Shown: piece by piece, positions 9,125 to 17,849 of the stretch
Layout of the letters: each line of letters opens with the position of its first letter
Position numbering within the stretch: the stretch's first letter is position 1
Assembly: GCA_046725875.1 (NCBI GenBank)
Contig: JBKOZJ010000052.1
Location: forward strand, 1-60,736
DNA length: 60,736 nucleotides
From: Actinomycetota bacterium
GTDB taxonomy: Bacteria > Actinomycetota > Actinomycetes > JAKEEW01
Direction: 5' to 3'
Program-made: the position numbers and the translations under genes
The notes under the pieces: generated by a model
Told to the model about the DNA's origin: nothing
The model's input: the letters and a program-made list of their open reading frames with translations, nothing else
Database searches by the model: none

Positions 9125-9874
9125 CTAGCCGAAGAGGTTCTGTGGCGAGACGGAGAGCTCCTGGGTGACCTTCGACTTGTCGTTGAGCAGGCCGAGATAG
9201 AGCGTGCCATGCTGGGAGCCGTAGACCAGCTTCGCCGCCTCCTTGTCGGTCAGCGCGAGTGTGAGCAGCGCGCGCGGGATCTGCTCCTCGTTGGCAGCGT
9301 CCTCGCTGCTGATGCCGTCTTCCACTCCGTCGGCCGGCTGTGGTGCCGCGGTAGTCGGGCCGACACCGATGACCAGCGCCTTGGGCAGCAGGACTCTGGT
9401 CGCCTCCTGCTGGCCCTGGTCGGCGATCGTTAGGAAGACGACGACGTCGCTGCCCGGCTTTACGAAACCTGCCACCCGCCCCGGGTCGGTGAACTGAAAG
9501 CTCACCGCGATGTTGCCGATCGGGATCGGCAACGTCTGGCTCGCGGCCAGCGTCTTGCCGAACATCTGCGTCGACAGCTGCTGGTTCGGGAAGATCGTGG
9601 TGAGCGCGACCTGCTCCTTGATCGGCTCGATGCTGGTCATCGCGCCGTCGATGGCCGTTGCTCGCGGGACCTCCGTCTGCTCGAGGTCGCCGTTCTCGAT
9701 CGCCTGCGTTACCGGGGTGCCGGCCGGTATCTCATCCTTTGCGACGAGCACGGTAACCGGGTTCTGGTCGGCGAGCGCACGGTCGTCGGCATTCTTGGCG
9801 TAGGTATAGACGAGTACGGTGCCGAGCGCCGCGATTAACGCCGCCGCCGCCAGCAATACAATTCGACGTCCCAC
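9125..9874 (-). CDS. cpaB: CpaB/RcpC (SAF domain)
   Basis: N-terminal TM, VLVAKDEIPAGT SAF motif, VAGFVKPGSDV. Confidence 0.92.
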   Translation of the reverse strand: MGRRIVLLAAAALIAALGTVLVYTYAKNADDRALADQNPVTVLVAKDEIPAGTPVTQAIENGDLEQTEVPRATAIDGAMTSIEPIKEQVALTTIFPNQQLSTQMFGKTLAASQTLPIPIGNIAVSFQFTDPGRVAGFVKPGSDVVVFLTIADQGQQEATRVLLPKALVIGVGPTTAAPQPADGVEDGISSEDAANEEQIPRALLTLALTDKEAAKLVYGSQHGTLYLGLLNDKSKVTQELSVSPQNLFG

Positions 9875-9918
9875 GATCTACCCCATCATCTCTTGCAATC
9901 GTTGTTCTCTTGCGCTCA

Positions 9919-11799
9919 TCACCGAATCAACGTGCTCCCACTCCCCGGGACCGGCGTGCTTCGCTTAATATTCGGCACCATCCACAAAGTGCCACTCCCA
10001 CGCAGGCGGAGGCGTTTCGCGACCAATTGTGCTCGGTCCTGCGGGAGCGATGTGCCACCACCGAATTCGAACTGTGCGTTTGGAACGAAGAGCGTGCCGT
10101 CGACAGGCATGTTGGACGGACCATCCACTGTCGATGCAGTGCTGCCGTTGGCCCAAAGAGCCAGGTCTTCAAAGCAACCACCCGAAGGGGCGCTCGCCAC
10201 CGACGCTGCGGGCACGCAGGTGAGCTGCTGATTGTACGGGCCAACCCAGCTGACCAGACCCGTGGTGGCTACGTCGACATTGCCAGCGACGTAAACGAAC
10301 GCCTTCCGCACGATAAGTGACCCACGAGACGAGACACTGAGATCACCGCCGATGTAGACCGGACCAGGGTCGTCCCCTGACGCGAGGGGGTCAACGAGCG
10401 GCGGGAGCGCAGAACAGGTCCCCTCAGGTTCATCGCCGACCCAAAGGCACCCGCCCTGGACATCGACATCCCCGCGGACAACGAGCTTCCCTTTGACCGC
10501 TAAGGTCCCGTCGATACGCAATGTGTCACAGTCCGCGTATACATCCTTCGGATGGGGATCGGTCCCGGTGACGCGACATTCCCCTCCTTCCAGTCGATCC
10601 CAGTCTTGGGAAATCTCGGGGAGGGTGGGCGCGGTCGTCGTCGCCCAACTCGTCCACTGGTCGACGAAGTTGTATGGGCCGACGGGGGGAAAGTCATCTT
10701 CGTGACCACAGGCGGCCGGGGAGTCTGCGGGGCAGTTGTACCGATCGACCCATGGCACAGCTGTGACACGCCTGTCACGTGGGGTCGGAATGGGGCAAAC
10801 GTTCGTGTCCCAGGCTCTCAACTGGTCAACGTTCGAACTCCCACCAAGGCATCCGGCGACATCAGCGGCGTTGTAGGCCTTTCCGGGCGGGCTGGGAAGG
10901 AACGCCTGCGACATGACCTGGATCTGCGCCTTTGCGCCACTCGGCGTGTCGAGGGCCCAGAGATTGTTGTTGTTCGACGCAACTATGACGGTGTCGTTCG
11001 ATCCACCACCGCAATCGGACCCGTCCGAGTCCACCGCGATAGCTCCGCCGTATTCACCGGCGGGGTCGGCCGCAACAACGACCTCGCCACTGCCCTCGAG
11101 AATGAGTGCCCGGCAGGCTGTCTCGTCCAGGACGACGAGCGGAGCTGCGACCTCGCCAGTTTCTCCAACGTCCGAAAGGGCGACGCTGCGCGAGCTGGTG
11201 GTCTGGCCGGAGAAGCCGAAGATGCCGGCGAACGAAAAATCTCCACGCTGGACGATCTCAACGGCCATGCGCTGACACGGCTTGCCGTCCTGGCTAGAGA
11301 TGCCCTGCACTATCGTGGTCGTGTTTTCCCGATCCGGATCGGTCATGAGCGGGTCGTCGTCAGGTACGGGCCAACTGATCTCGATCCGGAACCGGTCCCG
11401 GTCCGGCGACTCGCCCGCGGGGTAGGCCGGAACCTCCTCGGCGATTAGCTTCGTACCTAGTGCGCAAGCGGCGGCGACACCAACGTCTGAAGCCGGGAAG
11501 GTCGCCGCGCAGGTGTTCGCGCTTGGAGCTGTTATCCCGAGGTTCGCCTCGGCGTAGCTGACCGCCTTGAGACAGGCGTCTCGCGGGTTATTCGCCGCCT
11601 GACCGAGCTCGGCAGCGGCCGCGATAGCCGCGGAGTCTGCCGCGGCGCGGTTCGCCCGGCGGTCGAGACGGAGTGTCGCGAGGTCGAGGACGAGCGCTGC
11701 GATGCCGACGATGACAGTTATGAGGACGGCGTAAAGGACCGCGTATGCACCGCGGTCCCGGCTCTCCGGGTCAACAATCGCCCGCTGCCACCAGTTCAC
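9919..11799 (-). CDS. TadG-like large pseudopilin, putative tip adhesin
   Basis: RDRG|AYAVLYAVL..LVLDL..AADSAAIAAA N-terminus (no Glu+5); long Cys-rich extracellular domain. Confidence 0.8.
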   Translation of the reverse strand: MNWWQRAIVDPESRDRGAYAVLYAVLITVIVGIAALVLDLATLRLDRRANRAAADSAAIAAAAELGQAANNPRDACLKAVSYAEANLGITAPSANTCAATFPASDVGVAAACALGTKLIAEEVPAYPAGESPDRDRFRIEISWPVPDDDPLMTDPDRENTTTIVQGISSQDGKPCQRMAVEIVQRGDFSFAGIFGFSGQTTSSRSVALSDVGETGEVAAPLVVLDETACRALILEGSGEVVVAADPAGEYGGAIAVDSDGSDCGGGSNDTVIVASNNNNLWALDTPSGAKAQIQVMSQAFLPSPPGKAYNAADVAGCLGGSSNVDQLRAWDTNVCPIPTPRDRRVTAVPWVDRYNCPADSPAACGHEDDFPPVGPYNFVDQWTSWATTTAPTLPEISQDWDRLEGGECRVTGTDPHPKDVYADCDTLRIDGTLAVKGKLVVRGDVDVQGGCLWVGDEPEGTCSALPPLVDPLASGDDPGPVYIGGDLSVSSRGSLIVRKAFVYVAGNVDVATTGLVSWVGPYNQQLTCVPAASVASAPSGGCFEDLALWANGSTASTVDGPSNMPVDGTLFVPNAQFEFGGGTSLPQDRAQLVAKRLRLRGSGTLWMVPNIKRSTPVPGSGSTLIR

Positions 11800-12362
11800 G
11801 TCGCGTCCCGCCGCTCATATGGAATCGAGCTTCGGGTTCGTAGCTCGAGGTCGGAGTTGAACACGACAGCGTTAAGCTCCGCGTCCCGCCGTACCAGCAC
11901 CTGTACGCGGCTTTCGACCCGACCGTCCGCAAAGCAACCGCCCGACTCCAGCAGATCGTCCGACTCTTTCACTGACCCAACGGTCATCCGATTCGTGTCG
12001 ACAAGGCCATCGTCCGCCGAGACATAGGCCACGCAGATGAAGGCTCCGGAGTCGGGAGCCGACACGTCCCCCAGGCTGCCCCAGCCCGACTCCGTTGCGG
12101 CGACGGTGGCAACCATTGCAAGCCAGTCGCTGATCGTCTTCTCTCCTGACGGTGCCGGCTCGGCGGTCGATATGGGGAAGGTCGCGCCGAGCCGGGCGGC
12201 GTCACGGGCGCCCTGCGTCAGCTCGATGTGGCGCCAGAAGGCGATACCTCCCGTGAGCGTGCCGAAGGTGAGCATGACGAAAATCGGCAAAAGTAACGCG
12301 AACTCGACAGCAGAAGCGCCGGCGTCACCGGGCGATACGCGAGACCGTACCGCTAAGCGCAT
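11796..12362 (-). CDS. tadE: TadE/TadG family pseudopilin
   Basis: DAG|ASAVEFALLLPIF...ARDAARLG motif; ATG with GGGGAG RBS. Confidence 0.92.
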   Translation of the reverse strand: MRLAVRSRVSPGDAGASAVEFALLLPIFVMLTFGTLTGGIAFWRHIELTQGARDAARLGATFPISTAEPAPSGEKTISDWLAMVATVAATESGWGSLGDVSAPDSGAFICVAYVSADDGLVDTNRMTVGSVKESDDLLESGGCFADGRVESRVQVLVRRDAELNAVVFNSDLELRTRSSIPYERRDAT

Positions 12363-12399
12363 CTGCTCCCCCAGCAACACCGTGTTCCGACCATGCCAA

Positions 12400-12424
12400 G
12401 AGGTGGTCCCCCGAGGACCACCTC
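12400..12424. other. 10-bp perfect hairpin in the putative tad operon leader
   Basis: GAGGTGGTCC-CCCGA-GGACCACCTC. Confidence 0.5.
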
Positions 12425-12515
12425 ACCGACAGGATGCGACGATGACACACCAACGGCCCGGCCGGGAATGCAACGACGACCTGACGTACTAGTCAGCCGT
12501 TGGCCCGGGATTAGG

Positions 12516-12533
12516 CTCCACCATTCGGTGGAT
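12516..12533. promoter_or_regulatory. Candidate operator CTCCACC-N4-GGTGGAT upstream of the tad operon
   Basis: 17 bp identical to 790-806, same orientation and similar distance to the start codon. Confidence 0.7.
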
Positions 12534-12704
12534 ACCGCAGCGGCGCGGGCCTAGTTCGTTCCGCCCGGGAGTCACCCCTCACGCGCGATAAGTCATCCAC
12601 GATATCGACCCGACCGCGACGTGCTTCCTTCCGAGCTGGTGTGTATCGCGGGTTCCTTCTTGATGTGCATACTCGTGCCCGTCGAGCGCGGGAATGGCTT
12701 CGCT

Positions 12705-14165
12705 CTAGCTGTCGTCGATGTCGATCAGGTCTTCGGCCCATGGCGGGTAGAGGTGGGCCGGGTCGTCGGTTGCCACCAGGTCGTCGATCTGCTCGTCGAG
12801 ACCCGGGTCACCGCGGCTGGCCGGCTCGATGATGGCGCCGATGGCTTCGGGGGCAATGTGGTAGACGTGGCCGGTGTTTGAGGTCCACCCGAACCGGCCG
12901 GGTTCGGGCTGGTCTAGCCGCCAGTAGCGGCGGGTTTTGGCCCAGTGGTCCAGGCCGCGGCACAGCGGCGCGAGATTCCAGTCCGCGGTCACCCCGGCCG
13001 GCGCCGGAATCGTGTGGTCAAGATCACACTGGTGGGCGGGGCGACCACAGGTCACGCCGCGGCAGGTCCGGTCGCGGGTAATCACGTGGTCGACCAGGTG
13101 CTGGGGTGGCCGGTAGAGGGTGGTGCCGTAGTCCAGCAGTGCGCCGGACGCGGGGTCGGTGAGCAGCCGCCGCCAGACACCGTCTTGGGCGATCCGCCGC
13201 GCCACCGAGGCGGGGATCGGCCCGTACCCGGCTAGCTCGGCCGGCGCGTCATCCAGGCCGAGCAGAGTGGTGACCGCGACGGTGACCTGGACCACCGGGC
13301 GGCGGCCCTGCCCGCCGGCCAGCCGCAGCCCGCTGGGGACGCCGCCCAGGTGCCCGGTGTCCAGCGCGGTGCGTGCCATCGCGACCAGCGCGTCCGCGCG
13401 CCGCTGGTCCACCGTGCGGACGTCGGTCGGGTCGACTGTCTTCATTCCGGCGGCGGCGGCGTCCAGCGCACAGCGGATCGCCGCGATCCCGTCGGCGGAC
13501 AGCTCGGCGAACAGCTGGCCCATCCCATCCGGGGCCGGGGCAAACAGCACCCGACGGCCAGCGGCGGCCCGCTGGTGCCGCTGCTCCGCCGAACGCGGGT
13601 CGACGGCGAGCATTGCCCGGGCGACTGCCTTGCGGTGCTCGGCGTGGGTGCGCTCCCCGGCCTTGTCCAACACCCGCTCTTCAACCGCAGCCGCATGACA
13701 TGGGTCGAGGTCGGTGGTGGCCTCGGCCAGGGTGCGGGCCCGCAGGTAGTCGATCTCCCCGTTGGACAGCGCCGCCAACGTGGGCGGCAGCACGCTCGCT
13801 AGCCGGGCGGCCACGCTCACCCGCACCTGCGCCGCCCACGGGGAGATCCGAAACCGGGCCGCGATTTCCATCTCGGTGTTGCGCACCCGATCCTCGGCCG
13901 GCGTCGCCACCGGGGCGCCGTCGACGAGCAGCGAGCGGGTGGTCAGCTCCGCCACCGATGCCGCCTGCACCGCCGCCGGCCACGATCCCAGCCGCTCGGC
14001 CGCCGCCGCTGCCTCCACCAGCCCAAACCCGTCTAGGTCCGGCAGCCCGGCAGCGGTCGCGGCCAACAGAGCGGCAAGACCCGGCCCGGTCGGCGTTTCC
14101 GCCAACATCATGCCGGCATCCGCGCCCCGACCCGGGTCAGCTGCGGCATCGGAGTTCTCGAACAT
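12705..14165 (-). CDS. DUF222 domain/HNH endonuclease protein (13E12-repeat-like)
   Basis: DQRRADALV, LAGYGPIPA..ARRIA, YRPP..L...V..RDRTC....C...CDLDH..NL..LC....H..KT. Confidence 0.92.
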   Translation of the reverse strand: MFENSDAAADPGRGADAGMMLAETPTGPGLAALLAATAAGLPDLDGFGLVEAAAAAERLGSWPAAVQAASVAELTTRSLLVDGAPVATPAEDRVRNTEMEIAARFRISPWAAQVRVSVAARLASVLPPTLAALSNGEIDYLRARTLAEATTDLDPCHAAAVEERVLDKAGERTHAEHRKAVARAMLAVDPRSAEQRHQRAAAGRRVLFAPAPDGMGQLFAELSADGIAAIRCALDAAAAGMKTVDPTDVRTVDQRRADALVAMARTALDTGHLGGVPSGLRLAGGQGRRPVVQVTVAVTTLLGLDDAPAELAGYGPIPASVARRIAQDGVWRRLLTDPASGALLDYGTTLYRPPQHLVDHVITRDRTCRGVTCGRPAHQCDLDHTIPAPAGVTADWNLAPLCRGLDHWAKTRRYWRLDQPEPGRFGWTSNTGHVYHIAPEAIGAIIEPASRGDPGLDEQIDDLVATDDPAHLYPPWAEDLIDIDDS

Positions 14166-14195
14166 GTCTTCGATTATCTAGGCCACCCCCGACAA
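14158..14195 (-). promoter_or_regulatory. LexA (SOS) box over the start codon plus RecA-NDp/PafBC-like leaderless promoter
   Basis: TCGAAC-ATGT-CTTCGA (14158-14173, one mismatch to consensus); minus strand TGTCGG-N10-GATAAT-N7-ATG. Confidence 0.7.
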
Positions 14196-14227
14196 TTCCG
14201 GTCAGGGCAGGGCCGTCACTCGGACGA

Positions 14228-14278
14228 TCAGCGGGACCGGTCTCCGGCCGATGTGAACGCACGATCCGCAACCGTCAT
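14228..14278 (-). pseudogene. hisF: Probable hisF deletion scar (first and last codons fused)
   Basis: ATG overlaps the ridA stop; MTVA resembles the HisF N-terminus (MTVAVRVIPC) and GCCGGAGACCGGTCCCGCTGA resembles a HisF C-terminus (AGHPVR*); syntenic position. Confidence 0.55.
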
Positions 14279-14733
14279 AGTGGTCGCTCCCGGTAGGCGA
14301 CCACCTCAACCTCCACGAGCATGGTCGGGTCGACGAGACCTCCGACCACGACCATCGTCGCCGCCGGCGCCGCCGCTCCGAAGACCTCCGCGTGGGCACG
14401 GCCGACGTCTTCAGCATCCTGGGTATGGACGATGTACATCCGGGTTTGGACTACATCGGTAAGCGTTGCGCCGGCCTGGACAAGCGCGCGTTCGACCATC
14501 TGCATCGCAGTGATGGCTTGGTTATACGGATCGCCTTCGTGGCGCACCGAACCATCCACGACCGACGTACAACCAGAAATGAAGATGAACGGGCCCGCAC
14601 AGACCGCGCGGGAATATCCGAAGCGCTCCTCCCACGGCCCTCCCGAAGAGTAGCGACGGATCGGGTCGGGTGCCGCAGCGGCGTCGGCGACCCTCGGCTC
14701 CGTTTGGCTGCGGCCAGCTTCCCGCGCGGTCAC
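14275..14733 (-). CDS. RidA/YjgF family protein
   Basis: [33 protein letters not shown]; usual position after priA. Confidence 0.92.
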   Translation of the reverse strand: MTAREAGRSQTEPRVADAAAAPDPIRRYSSGGPWEERFGYSRAVCAGPFIFISGCTSVVDGSVRHEGDPYNQAITAMQMVERALVQAGATLTDVVQTRMYIVHTQDAEDVGRAHAEVFGAAAPAATMVVVGGLVDPTMLVEVEVVAYRERPL

Positions 14734-15482
14734 GGCCCGCCCTCGCCATCCCGTAGGGGCGGCCCGCCGACCACGGCAAGAGCCTCTTCGAGCGTAAACG
14801 CGCCCGCATAGAGCGCCTTGCCGACGATCGCCCCCTCTACGCCAATATGTACGAGCCCGGCCAGCGTCGCTAGGTCATCGAGGGTCGCGACTCCCCCGCT
14901 CGCGATCACCGGTCGCTCGGTCGCCGCGCAGACCGAGCGCAGCAGTTCGAAGTTCGGCCCGGCGAGCGTGCCGTCGCGGGTCACGTCCGTCACGACGTAA
15001 CGGGCACAGCCGGCCGCGTCGAGCCGGTCCAGTGCCTCGTACAAGTCGGCTCCAGCACGAGTCCAACCACGCGCGGCCAGCAGCCGTCCGCGTACATCAA
15101 GCGCGATCGCCGCGCGCTCGCCGTGCTCGGCGACCACCCGAGCACACCAGCTGGTGTCCTCCAACGCAGCGGTGCAAATATTGACGCGCTCCGCGCCGGT
15201 CTCCAACGCCGCAGCCAACGATTCGTCATCGCGCAGCCCGCCGGACAGCTCGACTCTTACCTCCAGCGAACGCACCACCGTCGCCAGCAGGTCGCGGTTG
15301 TCGCCCCGCCCGAACGCCGCGTCCAGGTCGACAAGGTGAATCCATTCGGCACCGGCCCGCTGCCACCCGAGTGCGGCCGCAAGCGGATCGCCGTAGGTTG
15401 TCTCGGTGCCCGCCTCGCCCCTCGTGAGGCGTACGGCCCGACCAGCGGCCACGTCCACCGCAGGAAGCAGCGTCAGCGACAT
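14730..15482 (-). CDS. priA: PriA phosphoribosyl isomerase (HisA/TrpF family)
   Basis: [46 protein letters not shown]; leaderless-type TAGGGT-N6-ATG. Confidence 0.95.
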   Translation of the reverse strand: MSLTLLPAVDVAAGRAVRLTRGEAGTETTYGDPLAAALGWQRAGAEWIHLVDLDAAFGRGDNRDLLATVVRSLEVRVELSGGLRDDESLAAALETGAERVNICTAALEDTSWCARVVAEHGERAAIALDVRGRLLAARGWTRAGADLYEALDRLDAAGCARYVVTDVTRDGTLAGPNFELLRSVCAATERPVIASGGVATLDDLATLAGLVHIGVEGAIVGKALYAGAFTLEEALAVVGGPPLRDGEGGP

Positions 15483-15519
15483 GCCCAGACCCTACGACAC
15501 GACAGGGATGCAACCCGAG

Positions 15520-15640
15520 CTACCGGATCGTGCCGAGCCAGTTCTCCAGATGGGTGGCGCCGCGGCGCCGAGACTTCTCCGGATGAAACTGCGTAGCGGC
15601 AAGCGGAACGTTCTCCGTTCTCCACCGCGGCGACGAAGCG
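15520..15640 (-). pseudogene. hisH: hisH C-terminal remnant
   Basis: RFVAAVEN, then a 7-nt GAGAACG duplication frameshift, then PLAATQFHPEKS...LENWL*. Confidence 0.85.
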
Positions 15641-15725
15641 TCGATTGAGCATGCTGCGCGCCGGGCCCGCGCGACCGCCTTGAACTGTGCCTCGTGCACG
15701 GGATGGGAATTCCGGCCGGCGAGGC
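15640..15725 (-). pseudogene. hisB: hisB near-C-terminal remnant
   Basis: LAGRNSHPVHEAQFKAVARA resembles HisB GRNxHHxxEAQFKAVARAL with one His lost; no start and N-terminus absent. Confidence 0.85.
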
Positions 15726-16886
15726 TCAGCGCTGCGCGGGTCGCCCGCCGTCTAGACGGCCCGGCACGACATCGGACAGAGCGGAGAGAAATGCCATGCC
15801 TTCCGCCGGCCGGCCCGCCGTGACCCGCAGCCAACCCGGAAGGCCGGGATCACGCACCAGCACGCCGCGGTCGAGCAGCCCCCGCCAGATTTCCTGCTGA
15901 TTCTCGAACCGGCCGAAGAGCACGAAATTCGCGTCTGACGGAACGACCGTGAAACCGCGGGCGATCAGCGCAGTGACCAGCCTGTCCCGCTCTGCCCGGA
16001 CTCCGTCGACCGTGGCAAGCAAAGCTTGGCCATGGTGCAGCGCCAGCCGCGCGACCGCCTGGGTCAGGGCCGATAGGTGATAAGGCAGCCGGACCAGCTG
16101 CAGGGCATCGACGATGGACGGGTGGGCCGCAAGGTAGCCGACGCGCGCGCCGGCCAGCGCGAACGCTTTGGACATCGTCCGGATGACGACCAGCCGGTGG
16201 TGGCGGCCGAGCAGCGTCAAGGCAGTCCGCCACCGATCGCGTGCGAACTCTGCATACGCCTCGTCGACGACCACGATCCCCGAAGCGGCCGCACAGACCG
16301 CGTCGACAACCTCAAGCGGCAGCGCGGAGCCGGTGGGGTTGTTCGGTGAGGTCAGGAAGACGACGGCGGGCTCGTGTGCGCGAATCGCGGCCACCGCGCG
16401 GGCCGGGTCGAGGGTGAAGTCCGGCTCGCGCCCCTCGTCGATCCACTCGGTGGCAGTTGCCAATGCAATGAGCCGGTGCATCGAGTAGGAGGGCTCGAAG
16501 CCCAGGCAACGCCGGCCCGGACCGCCGAAGGCCTGCAGCAGCTGCTGCATCACCTCATTCGAGCCGTTGGCCGCCCAGATGTGCTCCGCCCGCAGCCCAT
16601 GGCCGAGATACCGAGCCAGGTCGGCGCGCAGGTCGGTCAGGTCGCGGTCGGGGTAGCGGTTGAGGTTGCCCGCGAGGTCGTGCAGGACAACGACGAGGTC
16701 ATCGGCAAACTGGGCCGGGGGTGGGTACGGGTTCTCATTCGTGTTCAGACGCACCGGGACGTCGCGCTGCGGCGCTCCATAGGGCGTGAGGCCGTGCAGG
16801 TCATCGCGCAGCACCGGTCGCGCCGGCGGTGCGACCGTCGCCGGCGCAACAGTTCCGAGCCGGCTCCCTCCCTGCGGCGGGGTCAT
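15726..16886 (-). CDS. hisC: Histidinol-phosphate aminotransferase
   Basis: [39 protein letters not shown] (PLP Lys). Confidence 0.95.
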   Translation of the reverse strand: MTPPQGGSRLGTVAPATVAPPARPVLRDDLHGLTPYGAPQRDVPVRLNTNENPYPPPAQFADDLVVVLHDLAGNLNRYPDRDLTDLRADLARYLGHGLRAEHIWAANGSNEVMQQLLQAFGGPGRRCLGFEPSYSMHRLIALATATEWIDEGREPDFTLDPARAVAAIRAHEPAVVFLTSPNNPTGSALPLEVVDAVCAAASGIVVVDEAYAEFARDRWRTALTLLGRHHRLVVIRTMSKAFALAGARVGYLAAHPSIVDALQLVRLPYHLSALTQAVARLALHHGQALLATVDGVRAERDRLVTALIARGFTVVPSDANFVLFGRFENQQEIWRGLLDRGVLVRDPGLPGWLRVTAGRPAEGMAFLSALSDVVPGRLDGGRPAQR

Positions 16887-17176
16887 GTCGAGTGCACCTG
16901 ACGGGCGCGACGGGCAGGCCCCTCCAGCCCGCTGCGCACGGCCGGACCGAGCGAGGCTAGCGCGTCGTCGAGGGCATCCTTCGGCACCCGAGTGACTGCG
17001 AGCTCGACGCCGTCGAGCCGCGCGGTGGTCTCCTTGACCGCCACGACGACGGGCTCCCGAACGGCGGCGCAGACAGGTCGCACGACCTCGACGGCCGCTT
17101 CCACGTCCTGGTGGGCCCGAGGCAGCAGCCAGGACATGTCAGCGGTTGATCCGCGCAGATCACGACGGTGGATCAC
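16883..17176 (-). pseudogene. hisD: hisD N-terminal remnant (97 codons)
   Basis: [31 protein letters not shown]....RVP..AL..AL..L...VR..LE...RRARQVH matches the actinobacterial HisD N-terminus; catalytic region absent; TAGACT-N7-GTG promoter. Confidence 0.88.
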
Positions 17177-17357
17177 TCGGCCAAGTCTAGGAACCGGAAC
17201 AGACACGGCATGGCTTGTCTCAGGTCTTGGCCCTTTGCGTACGGGGACCGTAACCCGATTGCTGCCGACCCGAGACAAGTAGGCAGCGGCGGAAGCCGAT
17301 CGGGCGGCGCCGGGTTTCTGTTGCCGCCGTACAGCGGCTACGCTATTGATAAGGAGC

Positions 17358-17849
17358 ATGGGGAAAGCGCGGCGCGGCACCGGTACGCCCGCGACCGTGG
17401 CGTTGAGCCGGGCCGGAGTGAGCTTCACCCTTCACCACTATGATCACGACCCGGCCACGGAGTCCTTCGGGCTGGAAGCGGCCGACGCCCTCGGGCTCCC
17501 GTACAACCGCGTGTTCAAGACCCTGGTCGCGCGCGTCGACGGGGCCCTCGTGGTGGCGATCGTGCCGGTGGACGCGCAGCTTCACCTCAAGGCGCTGGCG
17601 GCGGCGATCGGAGGAAAGCGAGCCACCATGGCCGAGATCGTCCTGGCCGAGCGGACGACCGGCTACGTCGCGGGCGGGATCAGCCCGCTGGGGCAGCGCA
17701 GGCGCCTCCCGACCGTCGTGGACAAGTCAGCTCTCGATCATCAGACGATCTTCGTGTCGGCCGGGCGACGTGGTCTCGACGTCCAAGTCACACCGGCCGA
17801 CCTCATCCGCTTGACTGCGGCAACCGCCGCCCCGATTTCGCGTCGCTGA
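17358..17849 (+). CDS. ybaK: Cys-tRNA(Pro) deacylase YbaK
   Basis: TPAT, VFKTLV, ERTTGYVAGGISPLGQ, VSAGRRG; AAGGAG RBS. Confidence 0.95.
   Translation: MGKARRGTGTPATVALSRAGVSFTLHHYDHDPATESFGLEAADALGLPYNRVFKTLVARVDGALVVAIVPVDAQLHLKALAAAIGGKRATMAEIVLAERTTGYVAGGISPLGQRRRLPTVVDKSALDHQTIFVSAGRRGLDVQVTPADLIRLTAATAAPISRR

Noticed and set aside
12540..14230. IS element or prophage boundary around the HNH gene
   Set aside because: No transposase or integrase, terminal inverted repeats or target duplication found
15520..15834. 104-aa ORF as a novel HisB-HisH fusion protein
   Set aside because: Start lies out of frame inside hisC; fragments lack most catalytic residues; frame continuity depends on a 7-nt duplication
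16883..17428. 181-aa ORF as a complete gene
   Set aside because: The first 84 codons cover intergenic DNA and antisense ybaK; only 16883-17176 resembles HisD
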